The notes below the pieces were generated by a model. It was given only the letters and a program-made list of their open reading frames with translations, did no database searches and was not told where the DNA came from. Both the position numbers and the translations under genes were made by a program. This document shows, piece after piece, positions 36,856 to 44,778 of a stretch of DNA of 59,400 nucleotides; positions within the stretch are counted from its first letter, which is position 1, and every line of letters starts with the position of its first letter. The DNA is from Verrucomicrobiota bacterium (GTDB taxonomy: Bacteria > Verrucomicrobiota > Verrucomicrobiia > Chthoniobacterales > UBA10450). The stretch spans positions 1 through 59,400 of the forward strand of contig JBKPLX010000168.1 of NCBI GenBank assembly GCA_046731855.1, read 5' to 3'.

Positions 36856-38868
36856 TCAAGACTCAGAATCAAGCCACTTTGGAACGTAGGAACGAGCCTT
36901 GTTTACCACGACTGCAACGTTGTTTCGCTCAGCGATTAACTTGCCGTAGCTCCGTCTAATGACCTCGCGGTTGTTCTTTTCTGCCTCGACTACCACCAAA
37001 AGCTTGTCCATGAACGCAGCCATCCCCCAACTAGGACTCGTCTGATTTAGCGGAGGCATGTCAAAAATGATGTAGTCGAAGTCGCTCGCCTTCATATTCG
37101 GCATCATGTCGAAGAATTTTTTCAAACCGAGCTGTGCCGGACCGCCGCTATTTGTCGATCCCACTGTAGCGAGATACAGATTGTCCGCAGCCGAGGCGAT
37201 GGAATCCGATGGCTTAAGAGCTTTGTTCAATGGATAAGCAGGTTTACCCTTGAAAAACGGGTGCACCTCGTGCGGACCCAGGTTCACATCGACAAGAAGC
37301 ACCTTGCCGTCATTCGTTTCCGAAAGTGAGGCAGCAAGTCCAGCGGCAAGAGTCGAGGCGCCAGCCTCGTCCGAAAATCCGGTAACGCCGACCAGTTTGG
37401 GTTTATGCGTCAAATGATTGAGTTCGAAATAAAGACCGAGCCGATCACGGATTGCGTCACAGTACGGCCGAATGAAATGACCGGGCTCCCACGGTGCCAA
37501 CTTAGGGTTCCTTCGTCCGGTTGTGATCGCTCCCGGATTTGCCCCTAAATTATTGCGAGGCAAGGAAAACTGTCCGTTCGCATAAGGGATCGAGAGCATC
37601 AATGGAATATGCAACTGGCTCTCCAGTTGGAGAGGCCGGCCGACGGTCTGATTCAGAACTAGGCCCCGCAGCAACGCAAGCGCTATGCCTAAAACTATCC
37701 CGCCGCCAGCGAGTCCCATGAGGATCTTATTGCGTTTCGTGGTTTCAAGTGCGGGAGGGGACGGCCGCTGGACCGCGCTAATGTTGGGCATTTTGGACGG
37801 GTCCAAAGCCTCGTCGACGCGCGCCTTTTCGAGCGATGCTGCGAAGTACTTGTAATTCGCTTCGTCCATCTCCTTCTTTCGTTCCAAATCTTCAATTTGC
37901 GGAGCCAGCTCTGAAAGCTGTTTCGTTCTCCTTTGAATATCGCTAAGCCGGGTCTTAAGTGTTTCGATTTTTGCCTGGGTGCCAGCAACTTTCGCTTTAT
38001 TCGTCTTCTCATCGGTAGGTTTTTTCTTTCGCCAAGTCTTTAAGCCGGTGTCGGCCTTTTGACTAACAAGAGCTTGTTGTTCAGCCAGGTCCGCCTCGGC
38101 CGCATTAAGTTGCTCCTGGACTTTAGCAGCCTCGGTGGTAAGGGCTGCGGAGCCCTCTTTGAGAGACGCGATTCCTGTTTTCTCCCTTAGCGACTTTAAG
38201 GCATCCTCCGTTTGATTTAAACGCGCTCGAACCTGGTCAGTTTGTTGGGTAACAAAATCGAAGGCCCCAGCAGAACGGTGCACTTCAAGATGCTTAACGA
38301 AATAACGACTCAACAGTTCCTGCAAGACGAGCGTCGCAATCTCCGGATTGCGGTTCTTGTAGGAAATGAAAATTATGTTGCTTCCTTTGTTTGAAATTAC
38401 CTTCAAGCCCAAAGCGATGCTTTGCGCCGCACCTGTTTCTGTTGCCGATAGTTCAGAAGGAGGCAACAATCGTTTCAGACCGATTGCCCGAACGACCCGG
38501 GAGATCAAGTCCTGGGATTGCGGCAGCAATCGTTGGGGACCAATTGCGCGGGCGACTTCCGTGGCCAAATCCCAGCTGGTCAGGATCTCCATCTCAGCAC
38601 CGATCACTTTGTCCCCTTCGTTGTTTGATGCGATTGCCGCTTTTTCAGCCTCGACCGGGTCGATTCCGCTCCTTTCGAGAACATATCGCACTAGCAACTT
38701 AGCCTGTGATTCGTAGGAATGGGGGTAGAGAAAATAAACCGCTGCAGCGGCGAGAGCGCCCACTACCGCGCAGACGATGATCGTTTTCTTGCATCTAAAC
38801 AGAGCAAAAAGGACGTCGCCTAGGTTTGTTCCGGAGTGATGTTGTGGTTCGCGTCGGTTTTCAGCCAT
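36856..38868 (-). CDS. Polysaccharide co-polymerase (Wzz/GumC-type) fused to a BY-kinase-like P-loop domain with a degenerate Walker A
   Basis: 670-aa ORF with an N-terminal TM and Wzz motif (PHSYESQAKLLV), a long coiled-coil and a second TM. In the C-terminal domain the Walker A position reads VTGFSDEAGAST (family: ..GEGKST), so Lys is replaced by Ala. Walker A' (DYIIFDMPP) and B (LLVVVEAEKN) are retained. There is no C-terminal Tyr cluster. Confidence 0.75.
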   Translation of the reverse strand: MAENRREPQHHSGTNLGDVLFALFRCKKTIIVCAVVGALAAAAVYFLYPHSYESQAKLLVRYVLERSGIDPVEAEKAAIASNNEGDKVIGAEMEILTSWDLATEVARAIGPQRLLPQSQDLISRVVRAIGLKRLLPPSELSATETGAAQSIALGLKVISNKGSNIIFISYKNRNPEIATLVLQELLSRYFVKHLEVHRSAGAFDFVTQQTDQVRARLNQTEDALKSLREKTGIASLKEGSAALTTEAAKVQEQLNAAEADLAEQQALVSQKADTGLKTWRKKKPTDEKTNKAKVAGTQAKIETLKTRLSDIQRRTKQLSELAPQIEDLERKKEMDEANYKYFAASLEKARVDEALDPSKMPNISAVQRPSPPALETTKRNKILMGLAGGGIVLGIALALLRGLVLNQTVGRPLQLESQLHIPLMLSIPYANGQFSLPRNNLGANPGAITTGRRNPKLAPWEPGHFIRPYCDAIRDRLGLYFELNHLTHKPKLVGVTGFSDEAGASTLAAGLAASLSETNDGKVLLVDVNLGPHEVHPFFKGKPAYPLNKALKPSDSIASAADNLYLATVGSTNSGGPAQLGLKKFFDMMPNMKASDFDYIIFDMPPLNQTSPSWGMAAFMDKLLVVVEAEKNNREVIRRSYGKLIAERNNVAVVVNKARSYVPKWLDSES

Positions 38869-38879
38869 AATTTTAGCCT

Positions 38880-40010
38880 TTAGTCGAGATGTGGATAGAG
38901 GATCGACCCCGCGAGTCGATTGAACACCAGCGGTAATCTGCCAAAGATCCGCTTGTGCAAGCCGCCCTCATGGCGGACTGGAGCGGGACAGTGCCGACCC
39001 GATGGGTCGACTCGGAAGTAATCGATTGTTTCTTCGTGTGTGTCCCAGGAAAGTTTGAATCGTCGCAAACCGTCGTTTTCACAGTCGGTACGCCCGAAAT
39101 GTAATTTTTCGATGCCGGTGCGCGCCAAAAGCTGGATGCCTTGCCACATGACAAGATTATTCGCGCGGAATTCTTGAAACCTCTTGTCCGAAGCGCCGTA
39201 CTTATAGACGGCGTTCTTTCCGAAGCGGAAGAAAACCGCCGCAGCAATCGGGCGTGACCCGCGTCGTGCCAGAACAATGAAGCCCAGACCGGGCTTGATA
39301 ATGTGCTCGTAAATGTTGAGGAAAAACGACTCAGGTTGCGGTGGGAGACCGTGACGGCGGCGCGTTCGGACGTGGAGCCGGTAAAAATCGCGAATAGCCT
39401 GGCGATTGCGGGCAACGAGCGCGCTCACATTGCTGCGTTCCGCCTTGCGAATAGCGCGACGGACTTGACTGTCGAAGCGACTGACCATTTCCTCGACGCG
39501 GTGGCGGAAATCGAGTGTATGCCCGTAGAATTTCGTCGCCGAACTGGAGACGGATTGAAAGGCTTTACCCCCACGGATTTCCAGGTGTTTCCAGCGGCGT
39601 TCCCGCGCGAAGCGAACAAGGCGGTCTTTTACTATGCCGCTCACTTCAGGGTCAAAGATGAGCGGCTCGCACACATCGCTGAATGGGAGACAGATACCGC
39701 GTCGTCCGGTGAACGCACTGTGCACTTCCATCAGCGGTATCAGCGCGGCCAATCTGCGTCCGCGGGAAAATTGAAGGTAAAAAGGCTGATGGTTATAAGT
39801 CTTATGCAGCACCTTTGCCCATGCACTGGTGTGGAAACAGCCGGCGTCGCGATGCAGGGCAACTACAAGATCCCAACCTGGATTTTGGACAGGATTAATA
39901 ATGTACATTTGCAGCGGTTCCTCGCTCGTCTTCGCCTCTAGCAAGGAATCCTCGCCAGAAAAGGGCGCCGCTTGCACGGACTGCAAATTGCTTGCTTCGA
40001 GAGTTTTCAA
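38880..40010 (-). CDS. FemAB-family / GNAT (Acetyltransf_6) protein
   Basis: 376-aa ORF. VRRAIRKAERSNV...IRDFYRLHVRTRRRHGLPPQPESFF...IAAAVFFRFGKNAVYKYGASD...ANNLVMWQGI matches the FemAB-related proteins found in EPS loci. Confidence 0.6.
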   Translation of the reverse strand: MKTLEASNLQSVQAAPFSGEDSLLEAKTSEEPLQMYIINPVQNPGWDLVVALHRDAGCFHTSAWAKVLHKTYNHQPFYLQFSRGRRLAALIPLMEVHSAFTGRRGICLPFSDVCEPLIFDPEVSGIVKDRLVRFARERRWKHLEIRGGKAFQSVSSSATKFYGHTLDFRHRVEEMVSRFDSQVRRAIRKAERSNVSALVARNRQAIRDFYRLHVRTRRRHGLPPQPESFFLNIYEHIIKPGLGFIVLARRGSRPIAAAVFFRFGKNAVYKYGASDKRFQEFRANNLVMWQGIQLLARTGIEKLHFGRTDCENDGLRRFKLSWDTHEETIDYFRVDPSGRHCPAPVRHEGGLHKRIFGRLPLVFNRLAGSILYPHLD

Positions 40011-40021
40011 ACCGCTTTTAC

Positions 40022-41140
40022 CTAGACGAGTGCCTCTGCGCCAACCACTTCGCTAACGGAGCGCGCGACATAATCGATTTGCTCTTCCGTTAGCTCTGGA
40101 AACATCGGCAAGGAAAGAAATTCGTCAGCCAAGCTTTCCGCAATTGGGAATGCGCCCTTCTTGTAGCCGAGATTTCGGCATGCCTCCTGCAGATGAATCG
40201 GGACCGGATAATGCACAGCACACCCGACGCCTTTTTCCTGCAGATTTCGAGCGACTACATCGCGTTCCTGTACGCGAATGGCATAGACGTGATAAACGTG
40301 CCGTGCGTACATCGCCTCGAACGGCGTAAGGACCTCATCGATTCCGGCGAAAGCCTGATTGTATTCCGTAGCATGTTTGCGCCGCAGGGAATTTGCGTCG
40401 GCAAGATGACGCAGTTTTATCGACAATACAGCCGCCTGAATGCCGTCCATACGGCAGTTCCATCCCATCAGGGTGTGGTAATATTTACGCGACTGGCCGT
40501 GATCTCGCAGCATCTGGATTTGCTTCCGCAACTCGGGATCGTTCGTCACGACTGCGCCAGCCTCTCCGAAGGCACCAAGATTTTTTCCGGGATAAAAACT
40601 GAAGCAACCCGCGTCGCCCATCGTGCCTGCTTTTCGGCCTTTGTACTCAGCGCCATGCGCCTGAGCGGCATCTTCAACGACAAAGAGTCCGTTCGCGCGC
40701 GCAAATTCCAAAATTGGGTCCATGTCCGCCGTTTGCCCGAAAAGATGAACCGGAATGATCGCTTTGGTTCTCTCGGTCAGATTCTTCTCCAGTTCCGCGG
40801 GATCCATCGTAAATGTGTCTTGATCCACATCCACGAATACCGGCCGAGCTTTGCAGTAAGTAATTGCTTCGGCGGTGGCGATAAATGTGTTTGGAACCGT
40901 AATGACTTCATCGCCTTCACCAATTCCAAGCGCCAGGAGAGCAAGCCAAAGGGCGTCAGTCCCATTGCCCACGGCGATTGCGTGGGAGGAGCCGCAGAAT
41001 CCAGCGAACTCTTCTTCGAACTTTTCCACGAATGGGCCTCCGGCAAAGGCGCTGTTCTCGATCACTTCGCGAATCGCGCGATCGAATTTTTCAATAAAAG
41101 GGGCGTGATGCGCCTTTAAGTCGAGGAAAGGGACTTTCAT
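40022..41140 (-). CDS. DegT/DnrJ/EryC1/StrS-family PLP sugar aminotransferase (WbpE-like)
   Basis: 372-aa ORF with MKVPFLDLKAHH, VGNGTDAL, GDEVITVPNTFIATAEA, EDAAQAHGA and SFYPGKNLGAFGEAGAV (the PLP lysine region). Confidence 0.85.
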   Translation of the reverse strand: MKVPFLDLKAHHAPFIEKFDRAIREVIENSAFAGGPFVEKFEEEFAGFCGSSHAIAVGNGTDALWLALLALGIGEGDEVITVPNTFIATAEAITYCKARPVFVDVDQDTFTMDPAELEKNLTERTKAIIPVHLFGQTADMDPILEFARANGLFVVEDAAQAHGAEYKGRKAGTMGDAGCFSFYPGKNLGAFGEAGAVVTNDPELRKQIQMLRDHGQSRKYYHTLMGWNCRMDGIQAAVLSIKLRHLADANSLRRKHATEYNQAFAGIDEVLTPFEAMYARHVYHVYAIRVQERDVVARNLQEKGVGCAVHYPVPIHLQEACRNLGYKKGAFPIAESLADEFLSLPMFPELTEEQIDYVARSVSEVVGAEALV

Positions 41141-41223
41141 TTTATGATTTGGGTAGTGGGAGGAATCTGGGGACTAATGCTTCGCACTGCGCGCTGAGTT
41201 AGAGCAACGCTGGCGCGCTCCAC

Positions 41224-42318
41224 TCATCCAGCGAATGCTTCAACCTCGAGCATCTCTTCCGCCTTTACCGGCGCGAGAGCCGGTGCGGCAGTATTCGATC
41301 GAGATAGCGTCACGGGCGCACCGTTCAGCTTAAGGGAGGTGCTTGCCGCCTCGAGGATCCTGACCATTTCCAAACCCTTACGGCCATCCGTTAGCGGTTG
41401 AGAATTCGTTTTGATGCAGTCAGCGAAATGCTGGCAGGCCAGCTTTAGTGGTTCCTCCTGATGGAGGTAAGGGATGTAACTGTCTCCGTAATGATACGAG
41501 TATTGAAATTCAGCGAACGTGTCGTAGTGCGGCGGACGTTCTACTCGGGCATCGTAAATGCGGATTTTCTCGCGTGTCCGCAAATCGTCATAGACGATCA
41601 TGCGTCGCGTACCCACGATCGTCATTTCGCGAATTTTCCGCGGCTCGAGCCAGCTGCTCTGGATGGTTGCAAAGCGCTTACGCGAGAAGGACAGCGACAT
41701 GTTTGTCACGTCCTCTACTCCTGGCGTGATATGAGCGTTTCCCTGGCAGTTAACCGCGGTGGGAAATTCATCCAGAATATGGAGAATGATTGAGATGTCG
41801 TGCGGCGCTAGATCCCACGCGACATTAATGTCCTTTTGGAATAGTCCCAGATTGAGACGCCGGCAATTAATATAGCGGATCTCGCCCAGATCTCCGGCTT
41901 GAACAATTTGGGCAATTTTTTGTACTGGCGAAGAATAGAGAAAAGTGTGATCGAGCATCAAAACCAGACCCTTGCGGTCGGCGATTTCGATTAGCTCCTC
42001 GCACTCGGCTGAAGACGACGCCATCGGTTTTTCAATGAACGTATGCTTACCTGCAAGGAGAGCTTGCTTGGCTAATGAATAATGATGCTTCACCGGGGTG
42101 GCAATGACGACGGCGTCCACGTTTGTGCCATTGAGAAGCTGCTGCGTTTGTGTCAAGCCTTCGATGTCTGGATACAGTGCGCGGATATGCTTTAGGCGCT
42201 CAGTATTGACGTCGCAGACGGCTTTCAGCTGGCAATCCTGAAGACCTTTGAAGTTGCGAACCAGAAGCGGTCCCCAGTAACCGCACCCGATTATGCCGAC
42301 TGTGATTTGTTTCTTCAT
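41224..42318 (-). CDS. Gfo/Idh/MocA-family NAD-dependent sugar oxidoreductase (WbpB/GnnA-like)
   Basis: 364-aa ORF with VGIIGCGYWG (Rossmann), VVIATPVKHHYSLAKQALLAGKHTFIEKP and a typical C-terminal dimerisation half. Confidence 0.8.
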   Translation of the reverse strand: MKKQITVGIIGCGYWGPLLVRNFKGLQDCQLKAVCDVNTERLKHIRALYPDIEGLTQTQQLLNGTNVDAVVIATPVKHHYSLAKQALLAGKHTFIEKPMASSSAECEELIEIADRKGLVLMLDHTFLYSSPVQKIAQIVQAGDLGEIRYINCRRLNLGLFQKDINVAWDLAPHDISIILHILDEFPTAVNCQGNAHITPGVEDVTNMSLSFSRKRFATIQSSWLEPRKIREMTIVGTRRMIVYDDLRTREKIRIYDARVERPPHYDTFAEFQYSYHYGDSYIPYLHQEEPLKLACQHFADCIKTNSQPLTDGRKGLEMVRILEAASTSLKLNGAPVTLSRSNTAAPALAPVKAEEMLEVEAFAG

Positions 42319-43202
42319 GGTTTGGGAGCTGATTCTGCGAAGCCCTGCAAGATCGTGCTTGGCGGCCGCGGACTTTTTCGAGCCGAGTCTACAAACGTTT
42401 GTAAAATCGGTGCCGGTGCGTAAACACTGCTCTCTTGCCGGTTAGCTTGTGCCGGACGTCTGGATTCGATCAGTTGCGCAGCGATAACAGTGCAGGTCCT
42501 GAACAAGATTTTCAGGTCTAAGAGGATCGATAGGTTTTTTAGATAGAACAGATCCATCACAATCATTTCGTTGAACGTGGTTTTATTTTTGCCGTTGACC
42601 TGCCAGTACCCGGTCAAGCCCGGCAGAGCGTTCACGCGTTCTCGTTGCCATGGCTCGTAATGGGCAAATTCAATTGGCGTGCATGGCCGCGGCCCAACCA
42701 GGCTCATCTCACCGCAAAGCACGTTGAAGATTTGAGGCAACTCATCCAAGCCGCTTGCCCGCAAAAATCGGCCGAAAGGAGCGAGGCGTGGATCGCCATA
42801 AGCATCCAGTTTCGTCATCGGACGATCGACCCTCATCAATTCTTGAAAGTAGTGTTCGTGAGTTTGTGTCTCAGCACTCACCTTCATTGTCCGGAACTTC
42901 CAGATAGAAAAGTGTCTTCCCCGCAATCCAACGCGTTTCTGTCGATAGAAAATCGGTCCTGGCGAAGCGAGTCGCGTCACAAGCATGAGCACGATTATCA
43001 GCGGCAACCAAATCGGCAGCGCAAGCAGAATGCATGTGATGTCGAACGCCGATTTCCAGCCGGGTATTTTGTGCACCGGCGCGTCTGGAAAGTCGATTGT
43101 AAACCGAGGCGCTTTCGCCCCGTTCCCGTTCGAGCTGTTATAGGGCAAGCTGCCGCCCTTGGTCGCCCGCCCAACATGCGGGAGCTGACCTTCTATCCTC
43201 AT
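42315..43202 (-). CDS. Initiating phosphoglycosyl transferase (bacterial sugar transferase, PglC/WbaP-C-like)
   Basis: 295-aa ORF with SPGPIFYRQKRVGLRGRHFSIWKFRTM, DELPQIFNVLCGEMSLVGPRP and GLTGYWQV. It is the first gene of the locus, and its stop overlaps the next start by 4 nt. Confidence 0.85.
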   Translation of the reverse strand: MRIEGQLPHVGRATKGGSLPYNSSNGNGAKAPRFTIDFPDAPVHKIPGWKSAFDITCILLALPIWLPLIIVLMLVTRLASPGPIFYRQKRVGLRGRHFSIWKFRTMKVSAETQTHEHYFQELMRVDRPMTKLDAYGDPRLAPFGRFLRASGLDELPQIFNVLCGEMSLVGPRPCTPIEFAHYEPWQRERVNALPGLTGYWQVNGKNKTTFNEMIVMDLFYLKNLSILLDLKILFRTCTVIAAQLIESRRPAQANRQESSVYAPAPILQTFVDSARKSPRPPSTILQGFAESAPKP

Positions 43203-43596
43203 CTAATGGGTTCCTCCAACTACTGCTAACCCGCTAATCGTGCGGGGACTGTGTTAGTGAGAAGGCACCCGCGTCTAGGTCTTCGGTCCATCAAGGAAAC
43301 GTGACCGAGGAGCGGGGCCTCGAAAAACTCACCCTTAAAAATGTGAAAACGGGGGGACAAAGCAGGAAATCAAAATCGAAATCAGGCCGGTCGAACGATG
43401 TTTGGCCGCAGGCGGGACGCCACGCTGGGAGGAGCCGTTGGATTTGTCTAATTTCCCGCACGCTTACTTCTACGGAACTGGGGGGTCAAGGTTCCAATTA
43501 TTTTGCGGGGCGAGGGAATTTAACGGCACTGTCACAATCCAAGGATCAAGCTTCGAAATGGGGGAGAAGTGACGATCGCAGTGGATCGATGCGCAC
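43203..43596 (-). promoter_or_regulatory. ~390-nt untranslated leader or promoter region ahead of the polysaccharide operon
   Basis: No convincing ORF on the operon strand between the small 63-aa ORF and the first biosynthetic gene. The plus-strand 170-aa ORF here looks spurious. I recognised no specific motif. Confidence 0.3.
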
Positions 43597-43788
43597 TTAT
43601 TCGATCTCAGAGAGGAGAGTGTCGAGGTTCTCGCACTCGGAGCCTTCGTCTTCGCTCAGCCCAGCTTGCACCAAACACCCCAGGCAAAGTCCGTTATGGT
43701 GCACACGCACTACGCTGCAACAATGTGGGCACTCTTCGTGCTCGTGGGGGATTGCCGACATAGGGTTAGCAAGACTGGTGAAATCCAT
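43597..43788 (-). CDS. Small (63 aa) putative zinc-ribbon protein
   Basis: It carries CPHCC...(13 aa)...CLGC. The GLCLGCLVQAGL motif resembles the N-terminal zinc-ribbon tag seen on many Ser/Thr kinases and anti-sigma-like proteins in PVC and Acidobacteria genomes. The C-terminus is acidic. The coding status is unproven. Confidence 0.35.
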   Translation of the reverse strand: MDFTSLANPMSAIPHEHEECPHCCSVVRVHHNGLCLGCLVQAGLSEDEGSECENLDTLLSEIE

Positions 43789-44104
43789 TTTTTATTGTCT
43801 CAGCTTCTGGTGAGTTGCTGAGCGCGCTCCTTTGGTTGATTAAGGCCGGGCGATTCTTCTGCCAGACCTCGATTCTCGCTAGAGCGCGGAGAGCGAGGAT
43901 TTTAAATGTGAGGTCGAGCGTTGCACCCTGCACAAGCAATTCTACGGAAACTCGTACGCGAAGTTCCAAAAAAAAAATCATTTTCAAGGGAAAAACGTCT
44001 AGTTTTTACATGATGGTAACGGTTAGGATTCCGTAGGGCCAAAGACCGCTTATCCTTTCTTCATATGTCCTATAGAATAAAGGTGTCTTCTACTAAATGA
44101 TGTA

Positions 44105-44695
44105 ATGGAGCAGTCATCTAAAATTTTAAAGAATGCAGTCGCCGCAGCGAAAGAGACACTGCAATCGCTTGTCGACCTGGACTCGCAAGTGGCAAAGGCT
44201 GCGGACCTGGTCGAGCAGTGTTTACGCGCAGGAAACAAATTACTCGTTTGTGGGAACGGCGGCAGCGCAGCCGATGCGTCGCATTTCGCAACAGAGTTTG
44301 TGGTGCGTTTCATGACAGACCGTCCCGCGTACCCAGCCATTTGTCTTGCTGGCGATGGCGGACTTCTCACCGCTGCTGGCAATGATTATGGCTTCGACGA
44401 GATTTTCGCCCGTCAGGTGGCGGCCTTCGGCGTTCCAGGGGATTTGCTGATTTGCCTAACGACTTCCGGCAAATCCAGGAACATCGAGCGCGCATTGCAG
44501 GAAGCAAAAGCGCGCAAGCTTAAGACTATTACCTTCCTCGGTCGCGACGGCGGATCAACCATTGGGATGGCCGATGTCGATCTTTTGGTTCGCGGCGATT
44601 TAACTGCCCGGATTCAAGAGGCGCACCAGCTTCTGCTCCACGTCTTGTGCGAGACCATTGAGGTTCGCCCTATCGGAAAGAAAAAAGCCCAGTAA
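44105..44695 (+). CDS. gmhA: SIS-domain D-sedoheptulose-7-phosphate isomerase (GmhA/DiaA family)
   Basis: 196-aa ORF with LLVCGNGGSAADASHFATEF, AGNDYGFDEIFARQV, LICLTTSGKSRN and RIQEAH. Confidence 0.75.
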   Translation: MEQSSKILKNAVAAAKETLQSLVDLDSQVAKAADLVEQCLRAGNKLLVCGNGGSAADASHFATEFVVRFMTDRPAYPAICLAGDGGLLTAAGNDYGFDEIFARQVAAFGVPGDLLICLTTSGKSRNIERALQEAKARKLKTITFLGRDGGSTIGMADVDLLVRGDLTARIQEAHQLLLHVLCETIEVRPIGKKKAQ

Positions 44696-44778
44696 ACGCA
44701 CGAAAGACCCAAAAGTTCAAATAGAGCATCCTCGTAGTCCTGAACTTTCGCGTGTTTTGTGGCCGAAAAGATTTCCGG

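Noticed and set aside
40193-41119. A 308-aa plus-strand ORF, together with similar long antisense ORFs at 312..932, 29765..30451, 39303..39941, 42645..43229, 43301..43813 and 47328..48020
   Set aside because: All lie antisense to, or out of frame within, strongly supported genes. They have Arg/Ser/Pro-rich low-complexity translations typical of shadow ORFs.
1628-43202. Calling the locus a PEP-CTERM/exosortase EPS system
   Set aside because: Several marker-like genes are present (FemAB-like, AsnB-like, CE4, PCP, O-antigen-ligase-like). No exosortase (EpsH/Xrt) gene and no PEP-CTERM-tailed protein is visible in the window, so the label cannot be supported here.
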